This document shows positions 23,349 through 36,485 of a stretch of 64,000 bases of DNA, one piece after another. Where the stretch lies: contig NW_027191405.1 in NCBI RefSeq assembly GCF_041146345.1, positions 1,736,001-1,800,000 of the forward strand. The letters are read 5' to 3'. The number at the start of each line of letters is the position of its first letter. The first letter of the stretch is position 1. This DNA is from Neodothiora populina. Taxonomy: Eukaryota. The notes beneath the pieces were generated by a model. The model had not been told where the DNA came from, ran no database searches, and saw nothing but the letters and a program-made list of their open reading frames with translations. The position numbers were made by a program, and so were the translations under genes.

Positions 23349-25559
23349 TCATTGATTGTCGTATAGCACACGAGTCCAGTCAAAGGGATTCCATCGTTTC
23401 CTGAAGCCTTCGACTCTCGAGTCTTGCCTCGTCCACCTGCCTTGTTTCTTGATGACATCGGGGCCCTTGCCGAGCATACCGCCGACAATCTCCCTGGCGA
23501 ACAAGTCGCCTTTGGGCCACCTGCGCTCGTCCTCGATGACGTGACCCAAGCCGCCGTCCATGGTGAACCAGACGTGGAAATACGGCATCTCCTTGACCAG
23601 CGACTTGCGGAAGGCCTGCTTGCCGAAGCCTGGCTGCTGAGACTTGGCCAAGGTGTCTATGATCTTCTTGTGCTGACTCCACTCCTCGTCAGCGCCGAGG
23701 ACGGCTTCCTTGAAGTATGCGGGAGCATCGTCGGCAAGGTGGAAGGGTAGAGGGATGGCAAAGAGTGCGGCGTGGCCCTTGCGGGAATGCATGTGAGCGG
23801 CGTTCTCGTAGAAGATGACGCCCTTGTCTTTCTGATGGTACATGCGCGTCAAGCTCTTCATGAAGTTGCGGATTTCCTCCCATTCGTCATCATCACATTC
23901 GAGCAAGTTGAGGTGATGCTGCATGGGCACGATGACAGCACCTCCAGGAGCGATTTCAGGCTCGGTGGGAAGTGTCATGTAGACTCGTGTGGCGAGAGCG
24001 ACAACAGGGGCTGCCGGCGGGGTATTCGTGTCCTCGTGATGGCACAGCGGGCAAGTGTCGAGGATGCGTTGCATTTTGTGAAAGTCTCCTATAGCCGTGT
24101 TGCGCAGGTTGATGTCAGACTTTGCCATGTTTCTAGCCAGCTTCGCAGCGTTCTCATCCATGTAGTCGAGATTGTCGTCGAATTTGCCGTCCTTGGCTAT
24201 GCGTTCGGCAAAAGCGCGACCTTCGCCCTGGCGCTGGTTGCGAGTGCGCTTCTCTTGTCGCACCATGTCTTCGATGCTCATGTCCTCGTTCTCCTCGACA
24301 AGACCTCGTTCTCTTCCCCGCTTGTTTTCAATGCGATTGACTTCGCCTTCGCGACCACCGGCCAGCATGCGGTTTTGGGTTGGATCGAGCACGACAACGT
24401 CAGGCTGCACAGAGTTGGCAGCGGCAGCGACCTCATATTCGGCCTCGAGCTGGGCAGCGTTGGGAGCTTTGCGGAGCTTTGCCTTCATCATCTGAGCCTT
24501 GAGCTTGTTCAGTGCGGTCTGGTCGAGTGGTATGGTGCGTGCAGGAGGCGGAGGTTGCGGTATGACTTGGCCGTCTGATACAGCGCTGGCCTGACCGGCC
24601 TGCTCTTCTTCTCGTCTTGCACGAATGGCGCTGGCCGACTTGAGCTCTTCGTCCTTTGCTTTCTGCAGGCGTTCCCTGAAGAAGTCACCAGTGGGCGTCT
24701 CGTGGCCATTGTAGTCTTTGCCGTAGATGGCGCGACGTTCGAGTTCCTGTTCTTCTTCGCGTGCGTCGTCAAAGTAGCTCAGTTCACCGTACGTAACGAG
24801 AGCGACGCGTTCGACAGGCAAGGCGGACTCGTCAGCCTTTCGATAAACGGCGCGTAATTTGGTCATGCGCCAGTCGGAGCCTGAGTCGCCGAATTTGTAC
24901 GAGACTTGGTGTTGCTGGTAGGGTGCGTCTGACTCTTGCTTCTCTTCGTCGTCGTCGTCGTCCTCCTCTTGCAGATCTTTGAGCAGATGCTTCATCTCCT
25001 GCTCGTGGATCTTGCGCTCATGCTGCTCTTTTGCGGGTACAAATTGCGACGGGGGCTCGGGTTTTGACTTCGATCTTTGCACATAGTCGATGTCGAGTGA
25101 CGAAGGAGCTTCCATCCAAGTGTCACGCCTTGGTTGGGAATTGGTGGATTGAGGCAGGTCCAGCTCATCGAGGATAGATTCGGTGGGCGGCGCAGTCATG
25201 GCTTCCTTTTCCACCCAGGCCTCCTCCCCGTCGTCGTCTTCAACAACATCCTTGGTTCCTCTGTCTCTTTCTCTGCGTTCGTGTTTCCGGCGGTCGTGGT
25301 CAGGATGTCTGTGCGAGCGCGAATGTGAGGCGGAGCGATCATCGCGGTGTGAGCGGTGTCGATGATGGTCGTCGTCACGGTGGTGATGATGATGATGGTG
25401 CGAGTGGTGCGAGTGACGGTGACGTCGTTTCTCGTCTCTGGGGCTGTCTGAGTGTCTGTCTCGGCTCCTGCTCCTGCTTCGGTGGCGCATGCGTGATGAG
25501 GACGACGAAGAAGAAGGCTTTGTTGCGGCCAGCTCTTTCTCAAAATCCTCGAGGCCCAT
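23349..25559 (-). CDS. CWF19: Cwf19/CWF19L2 spliceosome-associated protein (CwfJ C-terminal domains)
   Basis: RS/His-rich N-terminus, WRMTKL, DMSIEDMVRQEK, CPLCHH, IVPMQH, APAYFKEA..EWSQHKKIIDT, MPYFHVWF..GLGHVIED, FDWT. Confidence 0.93.
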   Translation of the reverse strand: MGLEDFEKELAATKPSSSSSSSRMRHRSRSRSRDRHSDSPRDEKRRHRHSHHSHHHHHHHRDDDHHRHRSHRDDRSASHSRSHRHPDHDRRKHERRERDRGTKDVVEDDDGEEAWVEKEAMTAPPTESILDELDLPQSTNSQPRRDTWMEAPSSLDIDYVQRSKSKPEPPSQFVPAKEQHERKIHEQEMKHLLKDLQEEDDDDDEEKQESDAPYQQHQVSYKFGDSGSDWRMTKLRAVYRKADESALPVERVALVTYGELSYFDDAREEEQELERRAIYGKDYNGHETPTGDFFRERLQKAKDEELKSASAIRARREEEQAGQASAVSDGQVIPQPPPPARTIPLDQTALNKLKAQMMKAKLRKAPNAAQLEAEYEVAAAANSVQPDVVVLDPTQNRMLAGGREGEVNRIENKRGRERGLVEENEDMSIEDMVRQEKRTRNQRQGEGRAFAERIAKDGKFDDNLDYMDENAAKLARNMAKSDINLRNTAIGDFHKMQRILDTCPLCHHEDTNTPPAAPVVALATRVYMTLPTEPEIAPGGAVIVPMQHHLNLLECDDDEWEEIRNFMKSLTRMYHQKDKGVIFYENAAHMHSRKGHAALFAIPLPFHLADDAPAYFKEAVLGADEEWSQHKKIIDTLAKSQQPGFGKQAFRKSLVKEMPYFHVWFTMDGGLGHVIEDERRWPKGDLFAREIVGGMLGKGPDVIKKQGRWTRQDSRVEGFRKRWNPFDWTRVLYDNQ

Positions 25560-26003
25560 GTCGATGGTTGATATTGTGAATGGAGATTGTGTGGGGGCAA
25601 AGAGAGAAAGATGATGATGGTTTGAGCTGAGCTGAGCTGCCGCAACGCAACGCAACTGCTGTATTAGTATTATCGGACAATATTGCGGAGAAGAAGAGGG
25701 CAGGAGCGGCAGGGTCCACTGTAAATGGAAGTCAAAGCTTCCTTTCTTTTTTCTTTTTCCTTCCTGTGAAGATTATTATATCTGTCGGAGTTTGACAGTC
25801 CGCTACCTCCGGTGGAACCACAAGTGCCTGAGAGCAGACTACATTTTATGTCAGAGGCTGGACCTGATATGATCCATATACTATCCAACATATTCGCACC
25901 CACACTGACCCACGATATTAGACGCTGTTGACCATCGCAATCTGTGTCTGTATCGATCGCGATATCAAGAAACACTCGGCAGTCACATCTTGACACAAGA
26001 GAC

Positions 26004-27236
26004 ATGGCGACAGCAAGTGCAGCAGCACAAACGGCAGGTGCAGCATCAGACCCGGCAGGCGCAATGGGCCCTTCTTCGACGCAGCCACCAGTCGCCGTCG
26101 TCTGTATAGGCATGGCAGGCAGTGGCAAAACCACATTCATGCAGCGGATCAACTCGCACCTGCACTCGAAGCAAACCCCTCCATATGTCATGAACCTCGA
26201 CCCCGCCGTCCGACAGGTCCCCTTCGACTCCAACATTGACATTCGGGACAGCGTCAACTACAAGGAAGTCATGAAGCAGTACAACCTCGGCCCCAACGGC
26301 GGCATCATCACGAGTCTGAATCTCTTTGCTACCAAGGTTGACCAAGTGCTGGGTATCTTGGAGAAGCGCTGTCTGCCGACCGAGTCCGCTCCTTCCCACA
26401 CTGTCCCCAAGCACATCCTCGTCGACACTCCGGGCCAGATCGAGGTCTTTGTCTGGTCTGCCAGTGGTGCCATTCTGCTGGACAGCCTCGCCTCTTCCTT
26501 CCCCACTGTGATCGCCTATGTCATCGATACTCCGCGCACCACTGCCAGCACCTCGACATTCATGGCCAACATGCTCTATGCAATCTCCATTCTCTACAAG
26601 ACAAAGCTGCCCATGATCTTGGTCTTCAACAAGACCGACGTCAAGAGCGAGCTCGAGGCTGTCGAATGGATGCGTGACTTTGAGGCCTTCCAGCTCGCTC
26701 TGCGCAAGGAAGAGGAAGAGGCCGACGAGTCCGGCATCGGCGGCAGTGGCTACGTCGGTTCTCTGCTCAACAGCATGAGTCTCACCCTCGAGGAGTTTTA
26801 TAATCACCTCAGCGTTGTCGGCGTCAGCAGTATGACCGGAGCCGGTGTCGACGACTTTTTCAACGCCGTCGAGGACAAGCGCCAAGAATTCAACAAGGAC
26901 TACAAACCCGAACTCACCAGACGCCGCGAGGAGAGAGAGCAACAAAGAGAAGCAAAAAGAGAAATGGACGTCTCGCGCATGATGAAAGACATGGCTGTCG
27001 GTCAAGACTCGTCCAAGTCCAAGCCTGATCCCGAGACTGTGAGCGACGCCGAAGAGGAAGACGAGGAGAGTGGCGGTCTGGTCGAGAGAGACGAGGACGA
27101 TGAGGAGACAATGCCTGATGCCGATCAAGGTCTCGTGCGTAGGTATCAAGATGCTCTGAAGGACGGCGGCGTGGCTTCAACCAACGAGGACGCCAGCTTT
27201 GCCAAGTACATTCAGGCAGCTGGTATGAACCGATGA
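26004..27236 (+). CDS. NPA3: GPN-loop GTPase 1 (Npa3/XAB1)
   Basis: [10 protein letters not shown]-loop, NLDPAV, LGPNGGI (GPN loop), [13 protein letters not shown] and an acidic C-tail. Confidence 0.96.
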   Translation: MATASAAAQTAGAASDPAGAMGPSSTQPPVAVVCIGMAGSGKTTFMQRINSHLHSKQTPPYVMNLDPAVRQVPFDSNIDIRDSVNYKEVMKQYNLGPNGGIITSLNLFATKVDQVLGILEKRCLPTESAPSHTVPKHILVDTPGQIEVFVWSASGAILLDSLASSFPTVIAYVIDTPRTTASTSTFMANMLYAISILYKTKLPMILVFNKTDVKSELEAVEWMRDFEAFQLALRKEEEEADESGIGGSGYVGSLLNSMSLTLEEFYNHLSVVGVSSMTGAGVDDFFNAVEDKRQEFNKDYKPELTRRREEREQQREAKREMDVSRMMKDMAVGQDSSKSKPDPETVSDAEEEDEESGGLVERDEDDEETMPDADQGLVRRYQDALKDGGVASTNEDASFAKYIQAAGMNR

Positions 27237-30200
27237 GATCTTCGACACTTCACTCGTCACCTCGGCCACCTCGTCCAGGCCATCGCACACAAGAGATCAA
27301 AAGCTTCGCATCACAACCATATGCACTTGCCTCTCCGCCGTTTCAATAAGCGGTAGTGCTCTCGCAGACTCTTGACTCGCGGGCAGTGATACATCGGAAG
27401 ATGCACCCTGTCATTTTGCTCTTGCGCCACAGGGTCAAGCAACTCGCCATCGCACATGCAGGTCTGAGATTCTAGTCCGGAGATCTCGCCATGTGTATTG
27501 TACACGTTACACATGCCTAGAAGAAACCCTCCGAGTTTGCGGTATTTCGGATATATCAAATCCCCTCCTTCCGGGCCGTTTGAGGCTTGCATAGGGTGGT
27601 CAGGCTGATCGACTAACAAGGCGCCAAACAGTCGCGTCTGTGGGAAGGAGGGAGATAGAAAAGTACCATGAGTCGTTCGTCGTCCAGAGAGCTTCGGCTT
27701 GTTCGGATCAGGTCCATGCCTTCCTACACACAACCGCCCTGCTTGTCATTTTAGCACACTAATTAGCTGATTCTAGCAGCAAGCCTCATTCACCAATAGG
27801 GAACGTAGCACAGCTATTGAGCGAATAAAATCAAGCCTCCATCTCCAATCTCCATCTTCTGTCACGCTAATGCACTGCACTGCACTTTACTCTGTTCGCA
27901 TACCGCTCTATGCCATGCCGTTGCCTCCCCTTTTCTCCTTTCGCCTTTTTGCCCCTGCCTGCGCATCGTGGGTGACGTGCACTATCTCAAATGGCACATG
28001 GGCAAATCAGGTTGATCTAGACAGATACACGTGTCCCGGAGCAGCCGCCATTAATATGCACTCACTCACTCACTCACCCACTTACTCCGGGCCGTGTCAT
28101 CGTCCTGATAATGTACCCAAGCGTGCACTATGTATCAGGTTCAAAAACATCCCATTCAAACATGCATTCCCTCACTCGCGGACCTGGCGTTGTATTCACT
28201 GCTGACTGAAGGCTCATGGATCGGATCGTGTACCCAATCGGGCTTCTGTTCCCGCTTCTAGACATGACATGACATGGCGAATCGGAGTCGGGTCTTCGTC
28301 TCTTCGTTTCTGCGGATTGGAGATGGAGACGGAGGCGTAGTCGTGCTCGGAAAAGAGCTTGCATGTACATACACGCACTCGCTGTAGACTTGCTACCGTC
28401 ACCGACTCCTGTCATTCATCCCTGTCGCTCATCAGCGTCATACTTGTGGAGCAAGTCCTGTGCTATTGCTATCGTCGTACACATTATCTCTTATTGAAAT
28501 TCATCTGGCGAGATCGTCCCCAGAGGCGACGAGGATCAACATCCATCTAGGAGGTCCGTTGATTCAAGTGATTGACTGTGTTACGAGATCAAGCGACCGA
28601 CCGACTGACTGACCAATCGATCCGTAACAACATGATCTTAGTTTCTGCAAAGTGTTTCCCTCTTACTTGCTCTATCGCCCGACTCTACCACTGCCTCTAT
28701 CTTAAAAACAAGTCTATTCGTTCGCAAGGGTAATATAGCTGCGTACTGTACTGCATGTACTGAACGTAAGCGAGAGAGCTCCCGCTTGATCCCGACTGGA
28801 CTCTGGATCTCCAAAAGTCGTGTGGCTCGAGGGCGACCGTGTCCATATGTGCGCTTTCGACGGAGTCTATTCTGCTTTTCTCGCGCGCTGAATCTGGGGG
28901 CTCGCGTTATATGTGTATGTACATCTCTCGCTTCTGTCTGTGTTTTGTGTTTGCGTGACTTGCGCGCTTTCAAGCCACTGTTTAGGAGAAGGTGGGAAGG
29001 CTGGTTGTATAGTGTGTAGCAACTTTGCTTTTGTGGGCTTGAGAGAACTTGGGGAGCAGGTTGGTTCAGTGTACTTGCCCGCACATGTAGAATGCTCTAC
29101 AGGGTACACTGCGCAGACAGTTGCTTTGAGTGCGTATATATGGCTATGTTCCTGTGTTATGCTTGTCCTGCTTTCATCTTGGTACTTTGTATGGTAGAAC
29201 ATATTCGTTTAGTATACCAGTAGAGAAAGAGGTCTTGATAGATAGGCAAGTACAGACTCTGCTCCCTCACCTTCACTTCCCTCCCTGTACCCCTTCCTGG
29301 TGAATTGTCTGACTCCATGATCCATTCATCTGACCCTCACCGAGAAACACACCCGTTGCCCCTCTGATATCTGCTCAGAGAAGATACATACTGCACAGAC
29401 ATACATGCTTCGCCACCTCACCGAATTTACCTCGTGTACTCACCCCGCCTCTTGACCGCCTCCAATACCATAGGAAGTATATCCATGACCAACAAGTCGT
29501 TCATTTCTTTTCCCCGGTTAGTTCCGCATACCGTTCGGGTTCCATGTACTGTACACTCCCGCCTCCTGAGAGGTATAGTGTACCGTACTTTATGTTCTGC
29601 TGTTGCTGCTGCTGCTGCCGTCGCCGCTGTCGGAAGGAGATCCAAAATCTTCACTTACAGAACCCAGAGACTCGAGACCCACCTGTTGTTTGACGTCTGT
29701 GCTAACCAGGTAAACGTGCTGCTACTCGGTCATGTGGCAATGGCGACGATCCAGAAAAAGGACTCGAGGGGAGGGGCAAAGGGGGGTTTTCCCGCCACGT
29801 CGGGATGCGCGAGCCATCCGCACACCTACACGCAGAAACATCGTCGTTGAGATTTGAGCACATACATGGCGAAAGCCAGGAAATCACGAACCGCCATCCA
29901 CTCCTAGCTCTCTGAATTCTGGTCTGCTGAGATCTTGACTCGTTGTCGTTTCCTTTTCGCTCCATCTGCTGCGCCTAGACTGGTTGAGTAGAGTCAGTCT
30001 AGGTTGGACCAAGATTCGGTCTCCCAAGATCAAGAATTGGATCAGGTCGAATCGTCAGATATGCAGGCATGTACTGGAGTTTCCATGGTTCCTAAAGTTC
30101 CTATTTTCCGCCCTGTCCTGTATATGGACAACCTAGTAAGAGAAAACCAAAATGTGACTAGAGGGACGATCGGACCAAGATCTTGTTAGTCAGCAGGGAA

Positions 30201-33200
30201 AGCGACAAGGAAGAGTGAAAAGAATTCGTCGGGGATACTGTGGAGTCTCTGCGGAGAGGCGCGGAGACATGAGAAAGAAGACAACACTGCTATGCAAGTT
30301 ACGGCATGGTCTGTGGCTGAGTGGCTGACTGCCTCATCGGCGAGCCGCCCACGCGGATGTACCGAAGAAATATAACCAAGCCAGAGTGAAACAGGATAGT
30401 ATGAAACTTGGAATAGAGAAGAATGAAAGGTACTCTGTACTTCTGGTGCAGTGAAGCCCTCGACCTTGGCCACTTACAGTGCTGTACGATAAACGACGCG
30501 AAGAAACGCTTACGACGCGTCCTACTCATTTGTCTGTCTGTCGGCTCTAGATCTCGAATATTAGGTCTTCTAGAAATTGTTGGTGCAATTTGGTCATTGG
30601 TTAGTCACTAGACTGTCGGCATTTCTCTGACATAGCGACCTCGTCCACTTTCCAGAGCAGCTGTTTCAGTCTTGTGAGAGGCGGTGATGGTGGTGATGAT
30701 GAGTCTCCGAAATATAGGACAAATCAAAACCAAGTAAACCACCAATTCGCATTCTTTTGAAGCACTATAAGGATTTCCCGTGTCTCAGATGCAGAGCAAT
30801 AATGATCGTGAATAATACAGCGAGAAAGCGTAGCAAGTGCCGTGGAGTGCCCGCAAGGGTACACTAGAGCGACCCAACATCGCGCTTGCTGTGCGTGCAT
30901 TGTCACAATAGATGCGAAAGGACCTCCGATCAGGGGCGATTCTTCAAATGCGGCGACGACAGAGCCTCTTTTCGCTGCGCGACCCCGTTTCCGATCATAG
31001 CCGCTATAGATCCGAAGTCGTGGGACGCGTCCCCGAAAGACTTCCATCCTCGTTCGAGGCTAGCTAGTCATTGCCTGCAGAAAAAGACTGGATGGAGGCT
31101 GAGTTGTCTCTTCGCATATAGCTCGGCACAGCGCTGGGGAAATGCAGCGGGGGTTGAGAGAGAAAGAAGGCGAAACTGTGTAAAGGCGGAGAAGAATGAT
31201 CTAGAGACGACGGATCTCGATTCTTTCTGGATTACCCATAGAGGCGAATGATGGAGAGACTTAACGAGAGTAAGATATTGCATGCGCGAAAACTATCAAA
31301 AGACTCTTAGCCTCGTTCTGCGCAAGCTCGCTGATAAGTGCAGGAATCCTATACAATCGGGCACACCCGCATAAGTGATTATCATGAATGACCAAGTACA
31401 TACAGCTCATTGGGCAAATCCAAAGCAAAGTGACTCAAGGTTAGTGTAGTTCGAAGAGATGTCACTTTAGGCTTCAATTCTTGGCCCCGGTCGGTCCCCC
31501 CTGCCTTTGGAAACAAGCCGTATGGCGGAAGAAAACTCTACCCGGATTGTCGGGACGGAGGGGGGTCCGACCACGTGCAAAAGCTGAGCGCCTCTACTGT
31601 CAGTGGCACAGAGGAACAATTCCTGTCCTGGGAAAGCACAGAGATAGACTTGTGCTACTGTGCTACTCCGAAACTTGAGCCACTTAGCGGCTGCGTGCTA
31701 ACTTTGTTATCAAGGGATGACGAAATGCTCTGGTGGAAAACGATTTTCATGATGTATTGTAGCACAGAAGACACTACCAGACACATCACAACGCAACTAC
31801 CGAAAAGGACAACTGAAACAGTTGGCCATCCAGGAGCATATGGGAATCCTCTCACCGTACATTAGGTTCAAGGGATCACCAATCCTAATCTCTCGTGCTG
31901 AGTAGGAGGGGTTGCAGGGTTTTCCATCTCAAGAGGCAGATTCTTGCGACAAGCACGGTCAAAACATCTTCTGCTTTGGGCAAATCGATCGAGCATCCTT
32001 CGAGATCAGAAAAGAGGAAGAGAGAGCTAGCACTTTAGCATATATGTCAGGGTCAGATGCTGAACCCAAATCTGTCCGCGACAGCACTAACGGGGACGGC
32101 TTGTGACCGCTAGAAGGAGAGAGAGGTGAGTAGAGCAAGTGAAGCCCGACATTTGGAAAGGAAGGGGCGGGTCTGAGCTCAATGAGCCTTGCGGCTCTGT
32201 CAGGCCCTGTCAGCCTCGGGACTCGAAGACCGTCCTCGTCTCTCATTGGTCCATGCGAGGCAAGAGGGTATGGGAGCCGCGTCTACATTTAGAAAGCAAT
32301 CAAATAAATCACATACACGACGTATCTCCTCTGAGGGATCACTGATCATCTCGCAATAGCAAAGGGTGCACGTACGACGTGATCCATGAGTGGGATGATA
32401 CATGTATCTTAGCTCTTCGTTGCTGTTGGCGCTAGTGAATCGCTTCCTGAGTTGTGTGTATTACGTCTACAGCGTAGGTATACTTCCGATACTTTGTACG
32501 TTCAACTGACCCTTGCTGGACCCAGGGGTTGGATGCCAATAACGATAGTACAACTATACAAAGGTATTCGGGGCGTTGCTCCGCGCATCTGTCAGATCCT
32601 CTGTCAAAGATGTACAGTACTCTGCACTTCACCCGTCAGGGTTCAGCAACCCAAGTTCGCTGCTCGGGTTCCTGATTCCTCGCGTCTTGGTGTCAGACCC
32701 CGTGCTGAAGAGGAAGGTCAGGGCGCACAGCCCACCTGTCTGTCTTCCCGTCACCTTGACGTCACCCAGTCCTGTCCGCGAAAAGCCATCGCAACCAGGA
32801 GGGCATGGCCAATCAGGAACGGTCGTGGTGGACTCCGGTGGGATCCCAGATGGCACACGGCTGGGTGCAGTACTGTACAGGTAGCTGGGCAACTCCGCCT
32901 GATCCCACAGCCTGGGCAAAGGGTCCTCCATCTACAATATGTCCCACGTTGCCGGACGGGAGTGATCACAGATGGTAGTGGTAAAATCATACCTTTAGAC
33001 CCTTAACGATCGCTGATCCTACTGCATCGGTCAGCCAGGGTGTGTAAATGGTCTACTGTTTCTACTGTCAGAAGTGGGTTTCTTCCGCATTGAGCTGAAA
33101 ATCGCTGATGCAATGGCGAATCCCTTTAATGAGAGAGAATTTTTTTTGTTGATAGGCATCGGTCGATCAGAGAATTTGGTGTGATCGATTTCCTTGGTCA

Positions 33201-35009
33201 GCGGTTGCGTGGAGACGAGAGAGATTAAGGTGCGACTGCTCAAGCGGTGTTAGCCGGAGCCGCGAATGCAGGGTGAGATCGCGATCCTGAGACTTCCTGA
33301 CACCGACCCTCGAGGTCAGGACGTAAGGACACGGATAGTGGGCTATCTGTCACCGTTGTTTCTCCACAGGCACTACTTGTATACGCATACGATTAAATGA
33401 CCACGGCGAGTCGGACATGATGAAGCGACGAGACGACGTAATAGGCGCTGCGGATAGCGTCAAGTCATACCAAGGCATTTATTTTCACGTTTTCTAGTCA
33501 GTGGTGTGGAAATGAAAATACTGTACAGTGATATTGTGTGAGCATTGGAAGATAAATAATGAACCCGAGACTTTTTGACCGCGTACCCTGTTATACGAGG
33601 GCCAGTCCGAGAACGGACAACCCAGGCAAAGGAAGCGCGGTGAGCGCCGCCCGGTGCTATGTTGTACACATGCGTTGTCCCAATGGAAATGGGAAGGGAA
33701 AAAAGGGTAACACGTATTACTGTAATTACAGTACTGACTTAAGAAAAACAGAGGTCGTCCGATCGATCGATGCGCTAAGGTAGGTCACAACGCTGCGGAT
33801 TTGTGGCAGATGTCGCTGTAACTTCGCTGCACAGATCGACGATTGCATGGTCAGAGTCGAAATGATCAAGCAGACCTGTAGCGAAACTTAGATGCTGCTA
33901 AGGATGCTAGCCGGCTGCATCAGGGAATTTGATGCCAGGCTTGACTCGGAAAACGGTGAGCAGAGGCAAGATTTTGGGAAACGTGAGATGCATGGATGAG
34001 AGGGCAGGGGAGCGGGATGGGCCAGGTCAGGGGGATGCTGGCCTGTCTACATGTAGATGCTGTAAGTGTAAGAGGGTACAGTACAGTAGTAAGTACCTTA
34101 CCTGCCTGACCTTGCCTGCTAAGACAGAATGGAGGGGGAGGGGGTCCCTGCCGCAACCTTAGGCAATTGGCCGTTGGTGAACAAGAATTTGGGAAAATCA
34201 GGGAGACGGAGCGGTGGTCCGACTGATCAGCCCGCAGCGGGACCCTTGAATCGTTCCAATGTGTCCGTATCGACGATTGCATGTCAGCGCCCCGCTTTCC
34301 CTGACAGCCTCGTCGAGAGTAAGCGCAGTCGGCAGGGCAAACAGGGCTGGTTCAGCAAACAGGCGCTTACTCCGATAAGGTTGTGCCTCTTGCACGCACG
34401 CATGAGTGCCGGTGCAGATGATTTGCCTGGCCGCGGACGCTACTCGACTTTGTCTGAGATGATGCTCCCGCTTTCATGGTGTAAGAGACCCATAGTGGGC
34501 TTCGGTTCCATACCAGGGTCTACCTCCTTGGCTAATAAGATATCCCGGCTCATCGAGGCAGGCACGGTCACGGTCAGTTGAAAGTGGTGCTGTGCTGGTC
34601 GAGTATCAGTCAGTAGTGAGTTTAGTAGCTGGTAGTTGGTTTCCGGCATCCACACCCTCCCTGCCGTCCCTGGCGGCTCTGTCGCGCCATAAAGCTACCC
34701 TACGCCCTCGTTCCCATGCATGGCTCTTTGCTTCTTCTATACTACGATTACCCCGTCGAAGACAAACACCGCTACGACGAAGCAAGCAAGCAAGCAAGCA
34801 GTCCGACTCACATCAAGTGCCTCTGTCCACCTACTGTTCATAGTACAAAGTGACTTGGATTCCAATACAATAGACAGCTCGAGTACTCTCTGTGTTTGTC
34901 TCTTTTCCATCATCTTCAACACTATCCTCCGCTGGGTGCTTTTGTACAAGGCACCGAGGCCGAGATTTGGGATCGGTGGTTTTATTTCCGTGAACCGCAC
35001 TTGCACATA

Positions 35010-35968
35010 ATGGACGGTAAAAACAGCATCGGACGGAAGGTATCTTTGCTCAACGACGAAGCTGCTGGCGCTGGCCATTATTTCTCTCCGTCTTTCTATC
35101 GTCAACAACAGGCGAAAGCACAAGCACAGAACCAAAGCCAAGCGCAATCGCATTCGCAATCGCAGCAGCTTCATCATCATCAGCAGCAGCAGCATAACGC
35201 TCAACATCCGCGTTCTCCCAGCTGTGCCTCAGCTTCGTCGACGCCGAGCCTTTCCCCACACACGCCGCAACTGGTTAGAAGCGAGTCGACCAGCTCCCGC
35301 GGGCTGCCACCTTCGCCTCTTACACCTCACTTTCCTCCCTTTGACATTTTCCATCACAACCCTGCGCATCACCCGCTCCATCTCAGTCGTCACTCCTCGT
35401 ACACCAGCACCAAGATGGACGACCAGACTGTGCATTCCATGTATCCGCCTGTTCCGGAGTCATCCGCAATTATGCCTTATTCCATGCCCTCCAGCGCGTC
35501 TTCGGCCGCCAACACGACGATAACGACGACGAATCAGCCCGCCCTCTACCGCACCTCCAACTCGCCCGTCTCCGAGTCATCACGTCTTGCGACGAACAAC
35601 AACGCGTCCACTGTCGCGTCCAAGCCTGCTCCCAAGAAAAACCAGTACCCGTGTCCGCTCGCCAAAGCCTTCAACTGCAGCGACTTTTTCACCACCTCCG
35701 GCCACGCCGCACGTCATGCCAAGAAACACACGGGCAAGAAGGATGCCTTCTGTCCAGAGTGCAACAAGGCCTTCACCCGCAAGGACAACATGGAGCAGCA
35801 CCGTCGCACCCACCAGAACGTGCGCGGTCCTGCCAAGTCGGTCACCGACAACAGCCACAACAAAGTCAAGAAGCCCGCCAAGTCGTCGTCGCGCAAGGTT
35901 GACAAGCCGTTACCGCCGTCGCTCGAGGCTGCCGCTCTGGCTCAAGTCAAGGAGCAACAACAACAACA

Positions 35969-36043
<75 letters not shown>

Positions 36044-36485
36044 GTCACAAGACAGGGAACTTCATCAGCAACAACAGCAGCAGCAACGCCAGCAACAACA
36101 GCAACAACAACAACAGCAGCAGCAACAGCAGCACCAGTCACAACAACAACAATCCCAACAACATCAACAACAACAACAACAGCAACATCACCAACACAAC
36201 ATGATGCAACAGCCCATGATGCCGCAAGGGCCTTACTTCATCAACCCTGACCCCGTCCAGGCACTGCCCCAGCCTGTGACCACCGACTTTCCTTCGCGCC
36301 CTTCGCTATACCGCTCTGGCTTCACCAACACTCTTGACTTCATCCCGCCCACTGCTCCCATGATGCCAGACCAACAGGACCTCCAGGCCTACAATTACCC
36401 TTCGCCTGGTCTCTCGAACGGTCTCGACACTCTGGCTCTTGCTGCAAGCGATCACCGACGCATGTCCCACGAAGACTCGTCATGA
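35010..36485 (+). CDS. C2H2 zinc-finger transcriptional repressor, Nrg1/CSP-1-like, with polyQ
   Basis: Two fingers: YPCPLAKAFNCSDFFTTSGHAARHAKKHTGKKDAFCPECNKAFTRKDNMEQHRRTH. FTTSGHxARH is the Nrg1 hallmark. Also N-terminal VSLLN and C-terminal GLDTLALAA motifs. First ATG at 35010. Confidence 0.88.
35955..36190 (+). repeat. CAA/CAG trinucleotide tracts encoding polyQ (30 consecutive Q at 35955-36044)
   Basis: (CAA)4(CAG)8(CAA)17CAG followed by further interrupted Q runs. Confidence 0.97.

Noticed and set aside
26046..27149. 367-aa antisense ORF over NPA3 (similar shadows at 22474-23151, 23772-24578, 42988-43551, 61240-62070)
   Set aside because: In register with a strongly codon-biased gene on the other strand and no recognisable motifs; a typical antisense shadow.
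27311..34581. Several 100-180 aa ORFs in the long intergenic region (and 39327-39857, 40034-40481)
   Set aside because: Most lack a good ATG, none shows domain-like composition or codon bias, and they are rich in Arg/Ser/Cys as random frames are.
34896..35009. Non-AUG N-terminal extension of the C2H2 TF
   Set aside because: Only about 50 open codons upstream, with no context or conservation evidence; ATG at 35010 suffices.
35587..36204. Poly-Asn/Ser and poly-Val ORFs
   Set aside because: Alternative-frame readings of the CAA/CAG repeat.
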